Assembly: GCA_937989875.1 (NCBI GenBank)
Contig: CALKBO010000028.1
Span: forward strand, 1,616-65,615
Direction: 5' to 3'
From: an uncultured Collinsella sp.
GTDB lineage: Bacteria > Actinomycetota > Coriobacteriia > Coriobacteriales > Coriobacteriaceae
Length of the DNA stretch: 64,000 nt
The notes beneath the pieces were generated by a model. The model was not told the origin of the DNA, did not search any database, and saw only the letters and a program-made list of their open reading frames with translations. Each line of letters begins with the position of its first letter. Position 1 is the first letter of the stretch. Below are positions 1 to 8,548 of this stretch, one piece after another. The position numbers were made by a program, and so were the translations under genes.

Positions 1-427
1 TTCCCTAGGAGATTTCTATTGGGGATCCACCTTAGGTTATTCGCTTGGATGGCTCCAGAAAAACTTGCAGTTTCCAGCCTTTTTTATGATTCCTTATTTG
101 TTGTTTGGGTTTATTTGTTGTTTGGATTCCGAAGATGAGCCCTCTTTTCTCAGCCCCATTTGTTCCATTCTGTTTATTATCGCTTTTGCTTTGGCTGCCC
201 TTGGTTCCATTGTATCTATGTGGTTGGGCTGGACGTTCAATTACGAGAATGTAATACAGGGTGTTCAAGGACGATATTTTCTTCCTGTTCTACCAGCTTT
301 GTTGTTTGGGTCGAGAACGCGCTTGTTTAAATTCAACTCATCTTCGCTTTCTGTCGTCTCTTTTGGCATGTGCGTGATGAATTGTTTATATCTTATTCGT
401 TTTATTAGTATTGCATCCTGTGTGTAG
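1..427 (+). CDS. 3' part of a polytopic membrane protein, DUF2142-like (candidate GT-C type polysaccharide glycosyltransferase). The 5' end lies outside the window.
   Basis: The frame of ORF 65..427 stays open back to nt 2. The tail is hydrophobic helices plus the motif QGVQGRYFLPVLPALLF, which I recall as typical of DUF2142 proteins in rhamnan/cell-wall polysaccharide loci. It is AT-rich like the adjacent glycosyltransferase. Confidence 0.5.
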   Translation, partial: SLGDFYWGSTLGYSLGWLQKNLQFPAFFMIPYLLFGFICCLDSEDEPSFLSPICSILFIIAFALAALGSIVSMWLGWTFNYENVIQGVQGRYFLPVLPALLFGSRTRLFKFNSSSLSVVSFGMCVMNCLYLIRFISIASCV

Positions 428-455
428 GCCTTTGCGTAATGCTCTCGGGTTTTTT

Positions 456-481
456 CTGCTATCTAACAGTTTAGATAGCAG
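456..481. repeat. Perfect 11-bp inverted repeat (ctgctatctaa / ttagatagcag) with a 4-nt loop, in a convergent intergenic region
   Basis: Read directly: ctgctatctaa-cagt-ttagatagcag. A T-run lies 5' of it on the plus strand (gggttttttc). No U-run follows the hairpin on either strand, so it is not a canonical intrinsic terminator. Confidence 0.6.
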
Positions 482-703
482 GCGATGATTCGGACGCCGC
501 AGGGTCCCCGAAAGCTATGCTTTTCCAAGCCAAGCAGAGACTTTGACCGAGCGCTGGGTTGGCATGCGAGAGGCCAACATGAGGCCGTGCCGCGGGGCGG
601 ACCGCAGGTAGCAAAACGGCACCGGAGCCCATGTCGGGCCCGGTGCCCAAGCGCGATATCGACGGCGCAGTTTCGCGATATTCAACAGCGCCCAAATGAG
701 TAA
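482..703. other. Orphan GC-rich patch (about 220 bp) between two AT-rich genes; possible structured RNA or gene remnant
   Basis: There is an abrupt switch to GC-rich sequence. It contains strong hairpins, e.g. 618-647 ggcaccgg-a-gccc-atgtc-gggc-ccggtgcc, and gttggc...gccaac near 559-580. The two overlapping ORFs (471..695 minus, 485..703 plus) have no recognisable protein motifs. Confidence 0.3.
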
Positions 704-714
704 ATACTCATTAT

Positions 715-3141
715 CTATAAATGATAATAACGATTCGCGGGTTCCCCGACGGTGAAGTTTGGATTCATATAAGGATCGCCTTTGACGTAATACTTAGCCC
801 ATCGATAATTCATGTACGCGACCTCTTTGTGGAAGCGAATCTGCTTCTCCGTATTGTTTTCAACGCCTCTAGAAATCGACTCGTAGTGATAGAGCTCGAC
901 TTCGGGTGTGTATACAATTAGGTCGTTGATCTCGCGTAGCTTTAAGCAAAAGTCAACGTCATTAAATGCAACTTGAAGCTCTTCCGTGAAACCTCCGACT
1001 TTCTCATATTCATCACGCTTGGTCATTATGCAAGCTGCGGTGACGGCGCTGAAGTCTTGTTGTGCATCGTTGAGTGCAAAGTAGCCCCAGTTATCCCTTG
1101 GCATGCTTTGGCAAAGATGTCCTGCCACGCCACCAGTGACGCATAAGCCCGCGTGCTGGATGGTGTTGTCGGGATAGTAGAGTTTTGCACCAACTGCGCC
1201 AACATCCTCACGTGCGCAGATGCCAAGCATAGTCTCAATCCAATTGGGCGTAATTACCTCAGTATCGTTATTCAACAGCAAGAGATAGTCGCCCTTGGCG
1301 TGAGCAACGCCAAAGTTCATGAGCTTGGAGAAATTGAATTCGTGCTTCCAAGTTACAAGACGAACGATGTCAGGATATTTTGCTTGCAACTTATCGTAAT
1401 AATCGAACGTCTCCTTTTCTGTGCTGTTGTTTTCGATTATGACAAGCTCGAAATTGTCGTACGTTGATTTCTCAACAATTGACTTAATGCAGTTGTCCAG
1501 AATGTTGGCGTGGTCTTTAGTTGGAATGATAATTGACACGAGTGGATGGGAATCTGGCACAGCGTAGGTTACTTTATATGTAAAGGGACGACGCGCTTGT
1601 TCGACCTTCGCATTGAGCCCAAGCCTGTCCAAATGACTCTGGACCGCTTTGATACCTGCGATAGTGGCATACGGCTTGCTATCGGCATTTGCTGCGGTGG
1701 AGGTCTCGCTTAGGCGCCAGTGATATAGAACCTTTGCAACATGATGAACTTTCCTTGCCTTTTCCACGGCGTGGAGAGTCAGATTATGATCCTGTGCTCC
1801 ATCGAACTCTTTCGTGTTCGGTTCTAGAGTGTCAAGCAGAGACTTACGGATGGTAAGCATATGGCAGATATAGTTATTGTTTCTGAGCAGATCGATATTG
1901 AAATCCGGCTTAAAGAACGGCTGCGCTAGCATTCCATCGGGCATGAGTTTATCTTCATCACAATAAAGAAGATCGACGTCATCATTGTTTTCAATTGCCT
2001 CGGCATATGAGAACAACAAGTCCGGTTCAAGAATATCGTCATGGTCAAAGAAGCTAACGAAATCACCCGAAGCGATGGCAACGCCGGCGTTTGTGTTTTC
2101 GGAAATGCCCTTATTCTCGGTAAGGTTAATTGATTTAATTCTGTTGTCGTGGGCCGTCTCCTGCTCAACGCGAGCCTTTAGTTCCTGATTGTCAGGGCTT
2201 GCATTAACTAGGAGGAGCTCCCAGTTTGCATAAGACTGGTTTTTTACGGATTCGACCATATCGTTAAAAAACGAAATGGGCGTGTTGTAAAGAGGGACAA
2301 TGATGCTGAATTTCGGAGCGCTATTGAAGACGATTTTTCTCTGCTTCTCCAGTGCACCAATGGTTGCCTTATGCTCTGTAAACCATTCGGGGTATTCAGG
2401 GTCAAACTGCGCATGGGTAAAGAGGAAGTTGGTCTCCTCAAGAAGCAAGCCTAATTTATCAGGCGTTAAGCAGTCAAATGCACTGAATGATGGGTGATTT
2501 TGATCGTCAATAATAAAATAGTAACGATCAAACGCCTTTGGCATGCGGATCGAGAGCTGCGTTTCAAGTTGCTTTTTCTCTGATGTAAATCCAACGCTCG
2601 TTACATTTGAACCGAAATTGACTATGCTCAGCCCAACCTCATTGAGGAACCGGTCGAGGCAGCGAAGTTTGATTTGCGAGTCATTGCGGTACGGTGTTCT
2701 AACCGTGCACCTCAGGATATACTCGTTTGAATCTTCGATGCACTGCCAAAAATCAATCGTCGCCATCTCAAACTCTGAAACGTCATCGTAATTTCGGAGT
2801 TTGCTGCACATGTCAGGTTTAATTTTGTAGTTAAGACGCGACTCCCATTTGATGTTCTTGCAATTGAGCGAAAGGGAGTCGCTGCTCAGGTTGCAACCGT
2901 CTTTGCCGATTTCGTTAAACTCAATTTTAATGGCTCGGGTATCGGGGTCGGGGATTACAAGAACGTATGAGTTCGATTCGCCGTTATTGTCCTTGAATTT
3001 TAGAAGAGACAAAGGTAAGCGGCGGTCGTCATCCGTTGCCGCTTGAGCTTTTATGCTGGAGCCTTCATGGATGCCTTCTATTTTAAGTTGCTGGTAGATT
3101 TTCCAGTTTCCTCTGCATACTCCGGTTGTTTCGACTCGCAT
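715..3141 (-). CDS. Large multidomain glycosyltransferase: unassigned N-terminal region of about 270 aa plus two tandem GT2 (GT-A) domains; rhamnosyltransferase-like
   Basis: 808-aa ORF. It has two GT2 N-terminal signatures, FSIIVPLYNTPISFFNDMVESVKNQSYANWELLLVN...DHDD and VSIIIPTKDHANILDNCIKSIVEKSTYDNFELVIIENNS...LLLNND. AT-rich codon usage. It is adjacent to rml genes. Confidence 0.85.
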   Translation of the reverse strand: MRVETTGVCRGNWKIYQQLKIEGIHEGSSIKAQAATDDDRRLPLSLLKFKDNNGESNSYVLVIPDPDTRAIKIEFNEIGKDGCNLSSDSLSLNCKNIKWESRLNYKIKPDMCSKLRNYDDVSEFEMATIDFWQCIEDSNEYILRCTVRTPYRNDSQIKLRCLDRFLNEVGLSIVNFGSNVTSVGFTSEKKQLETQLSIRMPKAFDRYYFIIDDQNHPSFSAFDCLTPDKLGLLLEETNFLFTHAQFDPEYPEWFTEHKATIGALEKQRKIVFNSAPKFSIIVPLYNTPISFFNDMVESVKNQSYANWELLLVNASPDNQELKARVEQETAHDNRIKSINLTENKGISENTNAGVAIASGDFVSFFDHDDILEPDLLFSYAEAIENNDDVDLLYCDEDKLMPDGMLAQPFFKPDFNIDLLRNNNYICHMLTIRKSLLDTLEPNTKEFDGAQDHNLTLHAVEKARKVHHVAKVLYHWRLSETSTAANADSKPYATIAGIKAVQSHLDRLGLNAKVEQARRPFTYKVTYAVPDSHPLVSIIIPTKDHANILDNCIKSIVEKSTYDNFELVIIENNSTEKETFDYYDKLQAKYPDIVRLVTWKHEFNFSKLMNFGVAHAKGDYLLLLNNDTEVITPNWIETMLGICAREDVGAVGAKLYYPDNTIQHAGLCVTGGVAGHLCQSMPRDNWGYFALNDAQQDFSAVTAACIMTKRDEYEKVGGFTEELQVAFNDVDFCLKLREINDLIVYTPEVELYHYESISRGVENNTEKQIRFHKEVAYMNYRWAKYYVKGDPYMNPNFTVGEPANRYYHL

Positions 3142-3355
3142 TGTTTGCCTTTCGTTTGTTGGACACTGCTCATTGTACTAATTCATTTCCTACCTCGCGA
3201 TAAATGCAGAAAGAGATGCGTGTTTCTGCTGTCCGTTTTAAAGAGAATGAGGAGGAAGCCGTTGCCGGCGCATATAATTTTAATAACTATGTTTGTCTAA
3301 TCGTTATTTGCAATTAGCAGCTTTTGCTCAACGATTGTCAACTGAGAGGAATTCT

Positions 3356-4255
3356 ATGAAAGGCATCATCCTCGCCGGCGGTTCCGGCACCCGCCTGTAC
3401 CCGCTCACGCTCGTGACCTCCAAGCAGTTGCTGCCGGTCTACGACAAGCCCATGATCTACTACCCGCTGTCCACCCTCATGCTTGCGGGCATCCGCGACA
3501 TCCTGGTCATCTCTACGCCGACGGACCTCCCCAACTTCGAGCGCCTGCTCGGGGACGGCTCGCGCTACGGCGTGAACCTCTCCTACGCCGAGCAGCCCTC
3601 GCCGGACGGCCTGGCGCAGGCGTTCACCATCGGCGAGGAGTTCATCGCCGGCGAGCCGTGCGCCCTGGTGCTGGGCGACAACATCTTCTACGGCAACGGC
3701 CTGTCGCGCCACCTGACGCGCGCCGTCCTAAACGCCGAGTCGGGCCGCGCCACGGTCTTCGGCTACCACGTCGACGACCCCGAGCGCTTCGGCGTCGTGG
3801 AGTTCGACGGGGAGGGCCGTGCCGTCTCCATCGAGGAGAAGCCAGCCGAGCCCAAGAGCTCCTACGCCGTCACCGGACTCTACTTCTACCCGGGCGACGT
3901 CGCCGCCAAGGCGCATAGGGTCGAGCCCTCCGCGCGCGGCGAGCTGGAGATCACCACGCTCAACCAGATGTACCTGGAGGAGGGGACGCTGTCCGTCGTG
4001 ACCCTGGGCCGCGGCTACGCGTGGCTGGACACCGGCACCATGGAGAGCCTGCACGAGGCCGCGGAGTTCGTCCGCGCCGTGGAGCACTCCCAGGACCTTC
4101 CCGTGTCCGTCCCCGAGGAGATAGCCTGGGAGAACGGCTGGATCACCACCGCCGAGCTGGAGGAGGCCGCGAAGGCCTACGGCAAGTCGGTCTACGGGCG
4201 GCACCTGAAGAAGGTCGCCGCCGGCGAGATCGTCAACAGCCCGCGCGAGTACTAG
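3356..4255 (+). CDS. rfbA: Glucose-1-phosphate thymidylyltransferase
   Basis: [18 protein letters not shown]...[17 protein letters not shown] is the canonical RmlA N-terminus. ATG 3356 is preceded by gagagga. The longer ORF start at 3293 is unlikely. High GC. Confidence 0.95.
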   Translation: MKGIILAGGSGTRLYPLTLVTSKQLLPVYDKPMIYYPLSTLMLAGIRDILVISTPTDLPNFERLLGDGSRYGVNLSYAEQPSPDGLAQAFTIGEEFIAGEPCALVLGDNIFYGNGLSRHLTRAVLNAESGRATVFGYHVDDPERFGVVEFDGEGRAVSIEEKPAEPKSSYAVTGLYFYPGDVAAKAHRVEPSARGELEITTLNQMYLEEGTLSVVTLGRGYAWLDTGTMESLHEAAEFVRAVEHSQDLPVSVPEEIAWENGWITTAELEEAAKAYGKSVYGRHLKKVAAGEIVNSPREY

Positions 4256-4274
4256 CGCAAGCTTGTTTTCTTTC

Positions 4275-4310
4275 AGGGGTCACCGTTTATCTGGTGGCCC
4301 CTTTCGTTAT
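4275..4310 (+). terminator. Terminator-like hairpin just downstream of rfbA, at the left edge of the AT-rich insert
   Basis: aggggtcacc-gtttatct-ggtggcccct forms a 10-bp stem with one G-U pair, followed by a T-rich stretch ttcgttat (weak U-tract). Confidence 0.4.
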
Positions 4311-4338
4311 GATTACGTTGACCATAAAGACAATATGA

Positions 4339-4788
4339 TTGGGAGTGGATGTGTTAAGCGTCTACTTTGGCGATATGCCAGAAGCGATTTACAACACAGC
4401 GACATATTTCAAAAACTCTTACCGGTCTTCTTGGATTACGGATCCCTATGCAGTCTCGATAATTAAAGATGTCGATCGATCGGTTGTTGTCTCCGAAAAC
4501 GTCATCGAAAGCCCTGTGCTTGGATCCATCTCCCCACTCCAGCTTTCTGGTGGCGTGAAAACGCTGCTGCTTATGAGATTTGATCGTAAGCATATTTTTA
4601 ACGCTTCTACCTGTGGTGACAACTGTGCCAAGTGGATTCTCGACATGGCGAAAGACCGCAAGCTCGTTGTGAATCTCTATCATGTGATGGACTTTGGTCG
4701 CGAGGATTTTAAAATTAAAGTCGTGAATAGCGGCCGAATCGTTCACAACATGGCCGATTTGATTCACGAGTCGATTCCGTATCTGTAG
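4339..4788 (+). CDS. Small protein with an ABC/SMC-type signature motif (LSGG) but no Walker A; possibly DUF4869-like. First gene of the two-gene cassette.
   Basis: 149-aa ORF. Alternative start GTG 4351 is preceded by ggag and would give MLSVYFGDMPEAIYN. The stretch LQLSGGVKTLLLMRFDRKHIFNASTCGDNCAKWILDMAKDRKLVVNLYHVMDF has the order signature / degenerate Walker B / D-loop / H-loop-like His. AT-rich. Confidence 0.6.
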   Translation: MGVDVLSVYFGDMPEAIYNTATYFKNSYRSSWITDPYAVSIIKDVDRSVVVSENVIESPVLGSISPLQLSGGVKTLLLMRFDRKHIFNASTCGDNCAKWILDMAKDRKLVVNLYHVMDFGREDFKIKVVNSGRIVHNMADLIHESIPYL

Positions 4789-5772
4789 GTGCTGCTTATG
4801 AACGGTTCGCATCTCGTTAAGATTTCCCGCCGCAGGGGAACCAAGTACACATTTACCATTAAACGGAACATTACTATTGTGCGTGGGGATAGTGGCACGG
4901 GTAAGACGACACTGTTTGACATGGTCGCAGACTACATGCGAACGGGCGAGCAGTCGGGTGTTTCCTTGCAATGCGATTGTCCCTGTGTCGCCCTGACCGA
5001 TTATGATTGGCGAAATCAGCTTTCGTCCGTTCATGACTCGATTGTATTTGTCGATGAGGGCTTAAAAGAGATCCATTCTGATGAGTTTGCCCATCATGTG
5101 CTGTATTCCTCGAATTATTTCGTGCTGATCTCAAGGGCTGATTTCCCCAATCTTCCGTATAGCGTGGATGAGATTTACAAGATTAAGACGAGCGGAAAAT
5201 ACCATTCTTTCGTCCCTGTTTATCAAGATCGCGGGAATCATCGTTATGCTATTTCCCGGTCGGCGCCAAAACAGGACTTTTCTATCCTTCTATGCGAGGA
5301 CAGTAAGTCTGGTTTCCAGTTCTTTGAACGGCATTTCGCTGACAGTGAGCTTACCTGTACTTCGGCCATGACGAACAGTGCGATTTTGGGCTGGTTGGAT
5401 CAGCATCTCGACGATCGCGTGTTTGTTGTCGCGGACGGGGCGGCATTTGGGTGCTATGCGGACCGCGTCCTTAAGCTGCAAGACATTCACCGCGATACTG
5501 TTACGGTTTGTCTTCCCGAATCATTCGAGTGGCTTCTGCTGAGCTCCGGCGTAATTTCAGGGCTAGATGTTAAGACGGTTTTGGAAACCCCAGAAGCCTT
5601 TGTAAACAGTGAGAAGTTTAAAAGCTGGGAGGATTTCTTCTATAAGTACTTACGTGAAATAACTGGGGATTCGGTTTTTCACTACGACAAAGACTGCATT
5701 TCGGAGGCGTTTTGTACAGGAGGTAATTCTGCGAAGGTTATGGCTCTTATCGCATGCCGAAATGTCCGATAG
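4789..5772 (+). CDS. Minimal P-loop ATPase fused to a Toprim/DUF4435/RloB-like C-terminal module (candidate nuclease effector). Second gene of the cassette.
   Basis: 327-aa ORF abutting the upstream stop (TAG 4786-4788, then GTG 4789 or ATG 4798). Walker A is GDSGTGKTT (nt 4885-4911). Walker B is SIVFVDEG (about nt 5038-5061). C-terminal motifs are ILLCEDSKSGFQFF, VFVVADGAAFG and LPESFEWLLL. Confidence 0.6.
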   Translation: MLLMNGSHLVKISRRRGTKYTFTIKRNITIVRGDSGTGKTTLFDMVADYMRTGEQSGVSLQCDCPCVALTDYDWRNQLSSVHDSIVFVDEGLKEIHSDEFAHHVLYSSNYFVLISRADFPNLPYSVDEIYKIKTSGKYHSFVPVYQDRGNHRYAISRSAPKQDFSILLCEDSKSGFQFFERHFADSELTCTSAMTNSAILGWLDQHLDDRVFVVADGAAFGCYADRVLKLQDIHRDTVTVCLPESFEWLLLSSGVISGLDVKTVLETPEAFVNSEKFKSWEDFFYKYLREITGDSVFHYDKDCISEAFCTGGNSAKVMALIACRNVR

Positions 5773-5781
5773 TTTTGTTGA

Positions 5782-6867
<1,086 letters not shown>

Positions 6868-6988
6868 GACCGCATCCCGGCGAACCGCACCGCGAGGCGC
6901 CCGCGCGGGGCCGCAGGGCATGGGGATGACCCTGCGTCCCCGCGCGGGCGCCCGCAACCTGAACCTCTTCGATAGGAGCTTTTCCCAT

Positions 6989-8443
6989 ATGGCAGACATC
7001 GCATTCGAGAAGGACCTCTCCGTCGCCGAGACCGGCATCGGGGGCCTGAAGGTCGTCGACCTCGCCGTCCACGGCGACTCGCGCGGCTGGTTCAAGGAGA
7101 ACTGGCAGCGCGCCAAGATGACCGCCCTGGGCATCCCGGATCTCAGGGTCGTCCAGAACAACATCTCCTACAACGACAGCCGCGGCGTCACCCGCGGCAT
7201 CCACGCCGAGCCCTGGGACAAGTTCATCTCCGTGGCCCGCGGCAGCGTATTCGGCGCATGGGTGGACCTGCGCGAGGGAAGCGCCACCTACGGGAAGGTG
7301 TTCACCTGCACGCTCGACCCGTCCAAGGCCATCTACGTCCCGCGCGGCGTGGGCAACTCCTTCCAGGCCCTGGAGGACGGCACCGCCTACACCTACCTGG
7401 TGGACGCCCACTGGTCGCTGGAGCTCAAGAGGACCTACACCTTCGTGAACCTCGCCGACCCCGAGCTCAACATTCAGTGGCCCATCCCGCTCGACCAGGC
7501 CACCGTCTCCGAGGCCGACCTCAACCACCCGATGCTCAGGGACGTCGTCCCCATGGCGCCCAAGAGGACGCTCGTCACCGGCTGCAACGGCCAGCTGGGC
7601 CACGCGGTGCGCGCGCTCGCCGAGGAGCGCGGCGTGGCCAAGGACTTCGACTTCTGCGACATCGACACCTTCGACATGTCCGACCCGGCGGCCTATTCGC
7701 AGTACGACTGGTCGCTCTACGGCACCGTGATCAACTGCGGCGCCTACACGGCCGTGGACAGGGCGGAGACCCCCGAGGGCCGCGTGACCGCCTGGAAGGC
7801 CAACGCGACCGGCCCTGCCCTTCTCGCACGCACCTGCGCCGGGCACGGCATCACGCTCGTCCACGTGTCCTCCGACTACGTCTTCGACGGCACCGCCGAG
7901 GTCCATGACGAGGACGAGCCGTTCTCCCCGCTGTCCGTATACGGCCAGACCAAGGCCGCCGGCGACATCGCCGTGGCCGGGTGCCCGCGCCACTACGTCA
8001 TGCGCAGCTCCTGGGTCATCGGCGAGGGGCACAACTTCGTCAAGACCATGAAGGGGCTGTCCGACCGCGTAGCCGACCCGGAGGACGGGCTCACGCAGGT
8101 CACGGTTGTCGACGACCAGCTGGGCCGCCTGACCTTCACGCGCGATATGGCCGAGGCCATCTTCCACGTGCTGGGGACGCACGCCCCCTACGGCACCTAT
8201 AACTGCACGGGCTCCGGCGCCGTGAAGTCCTGGGCGGACATCGCCCGCGCCGTCTTCGAGTCCGCCAACGGCAACGGGGACAAGGTCGTGCCCGTGAGCA
8301 CTGCCGACTACTACGCGAGCGCAGCCGGCCCCGTCGCCCCGCGCCCGGTCCACTCCGCTCTCGACCTTTCCAGGCTCGAGTCGGTCGGGTTCCACATGCC
8401 CGACTGGGAGGAAGAGCTGGGGGAGTACCTCAAGACGCTCTAG
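6989..8443 (+). CDS. Bifunctional dTDP-4-dehydrorhamnose 3,5-epimerase / dTDP-4-dehydrorhamnose reductase (RmlC-RmlD fusion)
   Basis: The N-terminal half has cupin motifs (DSRGWFKENW, RGIHAEPWDKF). The C-terminal half is RmlD-like (LVTGCNGQLG, SSDYVFDG, YGQTKAAGD). ATG 6989 is preceded by taggag, so the longer 6920 start is unlikely. Confidence 0.9.
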   Translation: MADIAFEKDLSVAETGIGGLKVVDLAVHGDSRGWFKENWQRAKMTALGIPDLRVVQNNISYNDSRGVTRGIHAEPWDKFISVARGSVFGAWVDLREGSATYGKVFTCTLDPSKAIYVPRGVGNSFQALEDGTAYTYLVDAHWSLELKRTYTFVNLADPELNIQWPIPLDQATVSEADLNHPMLRDVVPMAPKRTLVTGCNGQLGHAVRALAEERGVAKDFDFCDIDTFDMSDPAAYSQYDWSLYGTVINCGAYTAVDRAETPEGRVTAWKANATGPALLARTCAGHGITLVHVSSDYVFDGTAEVHDEDEPFSPLSVYGQTKAAGDIAVAGCPRHYVMRSSWVIGEGHNFVKTMKGLSDRVADPEDGLTQVTVVDDQLGRLTFTRDMAEAIFHVLGTHAPYGTYNCTGSGAVKSWADIARAVFESANGNGDKVVPVSTADYYASAAGPVAPRPVHSALDLSRLESVGFHMPDWEEELGEYLKTL

Positions 8444-8465
8444 CCGCTATTAACTTTTCGAGAGT

Positions 8466-8498
8466 AAAAGCCGCCGCTTGTTAACGGCGGCTTTTCTT
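8466..8498. terminator. Bidirectional intrinsic terminator between the convergent rmlCD and GT2 genes
   Basis: aaaagccgccg-cttgttaa-cggcggctttt: a GC-rich stem flanked by an A-run and a T-run. Confidence 0.7.
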
Positions 8499-8548
8499 GT
8501 TGGTGGCTATCTACGCAGTGGTGCCAATAGTATTTTGCGGAAGATCTT

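Noticed and set aside
471-703. Two overlapping small ORFs (74 aa minus, 72 aa plus) in the GC-rich patch
   Set aside because: They have no RBS context, no motifs, mutually overlapping frames and Arg/Pro/Ala-rich composition. I treated the patch as non-coding sequence of unknown nature (see findings).
3043-3300. 85-aa plus-strand ORF in the divergent GT2/rfbA promoter region. Similar small ORFs are 4263..4466 and 4021..4338.
   Set aside because: They overlap known gene ends or the hairpin region, and have no RBS or motifs. The region is better explained as promoter or leader DNA.
4275-4302. Same stem sequence (GGGTCACC...GGTGGCCC) in the hairpin after rfbA and in the rplS terminator (51668-51690)
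   Set aside because: The shared part is only 8 bp per arm, and the loops and flanks differ. This is most likely coincidence in a GC-rich genome rather than a dispersed repeat family. It would need a genome-wide count.
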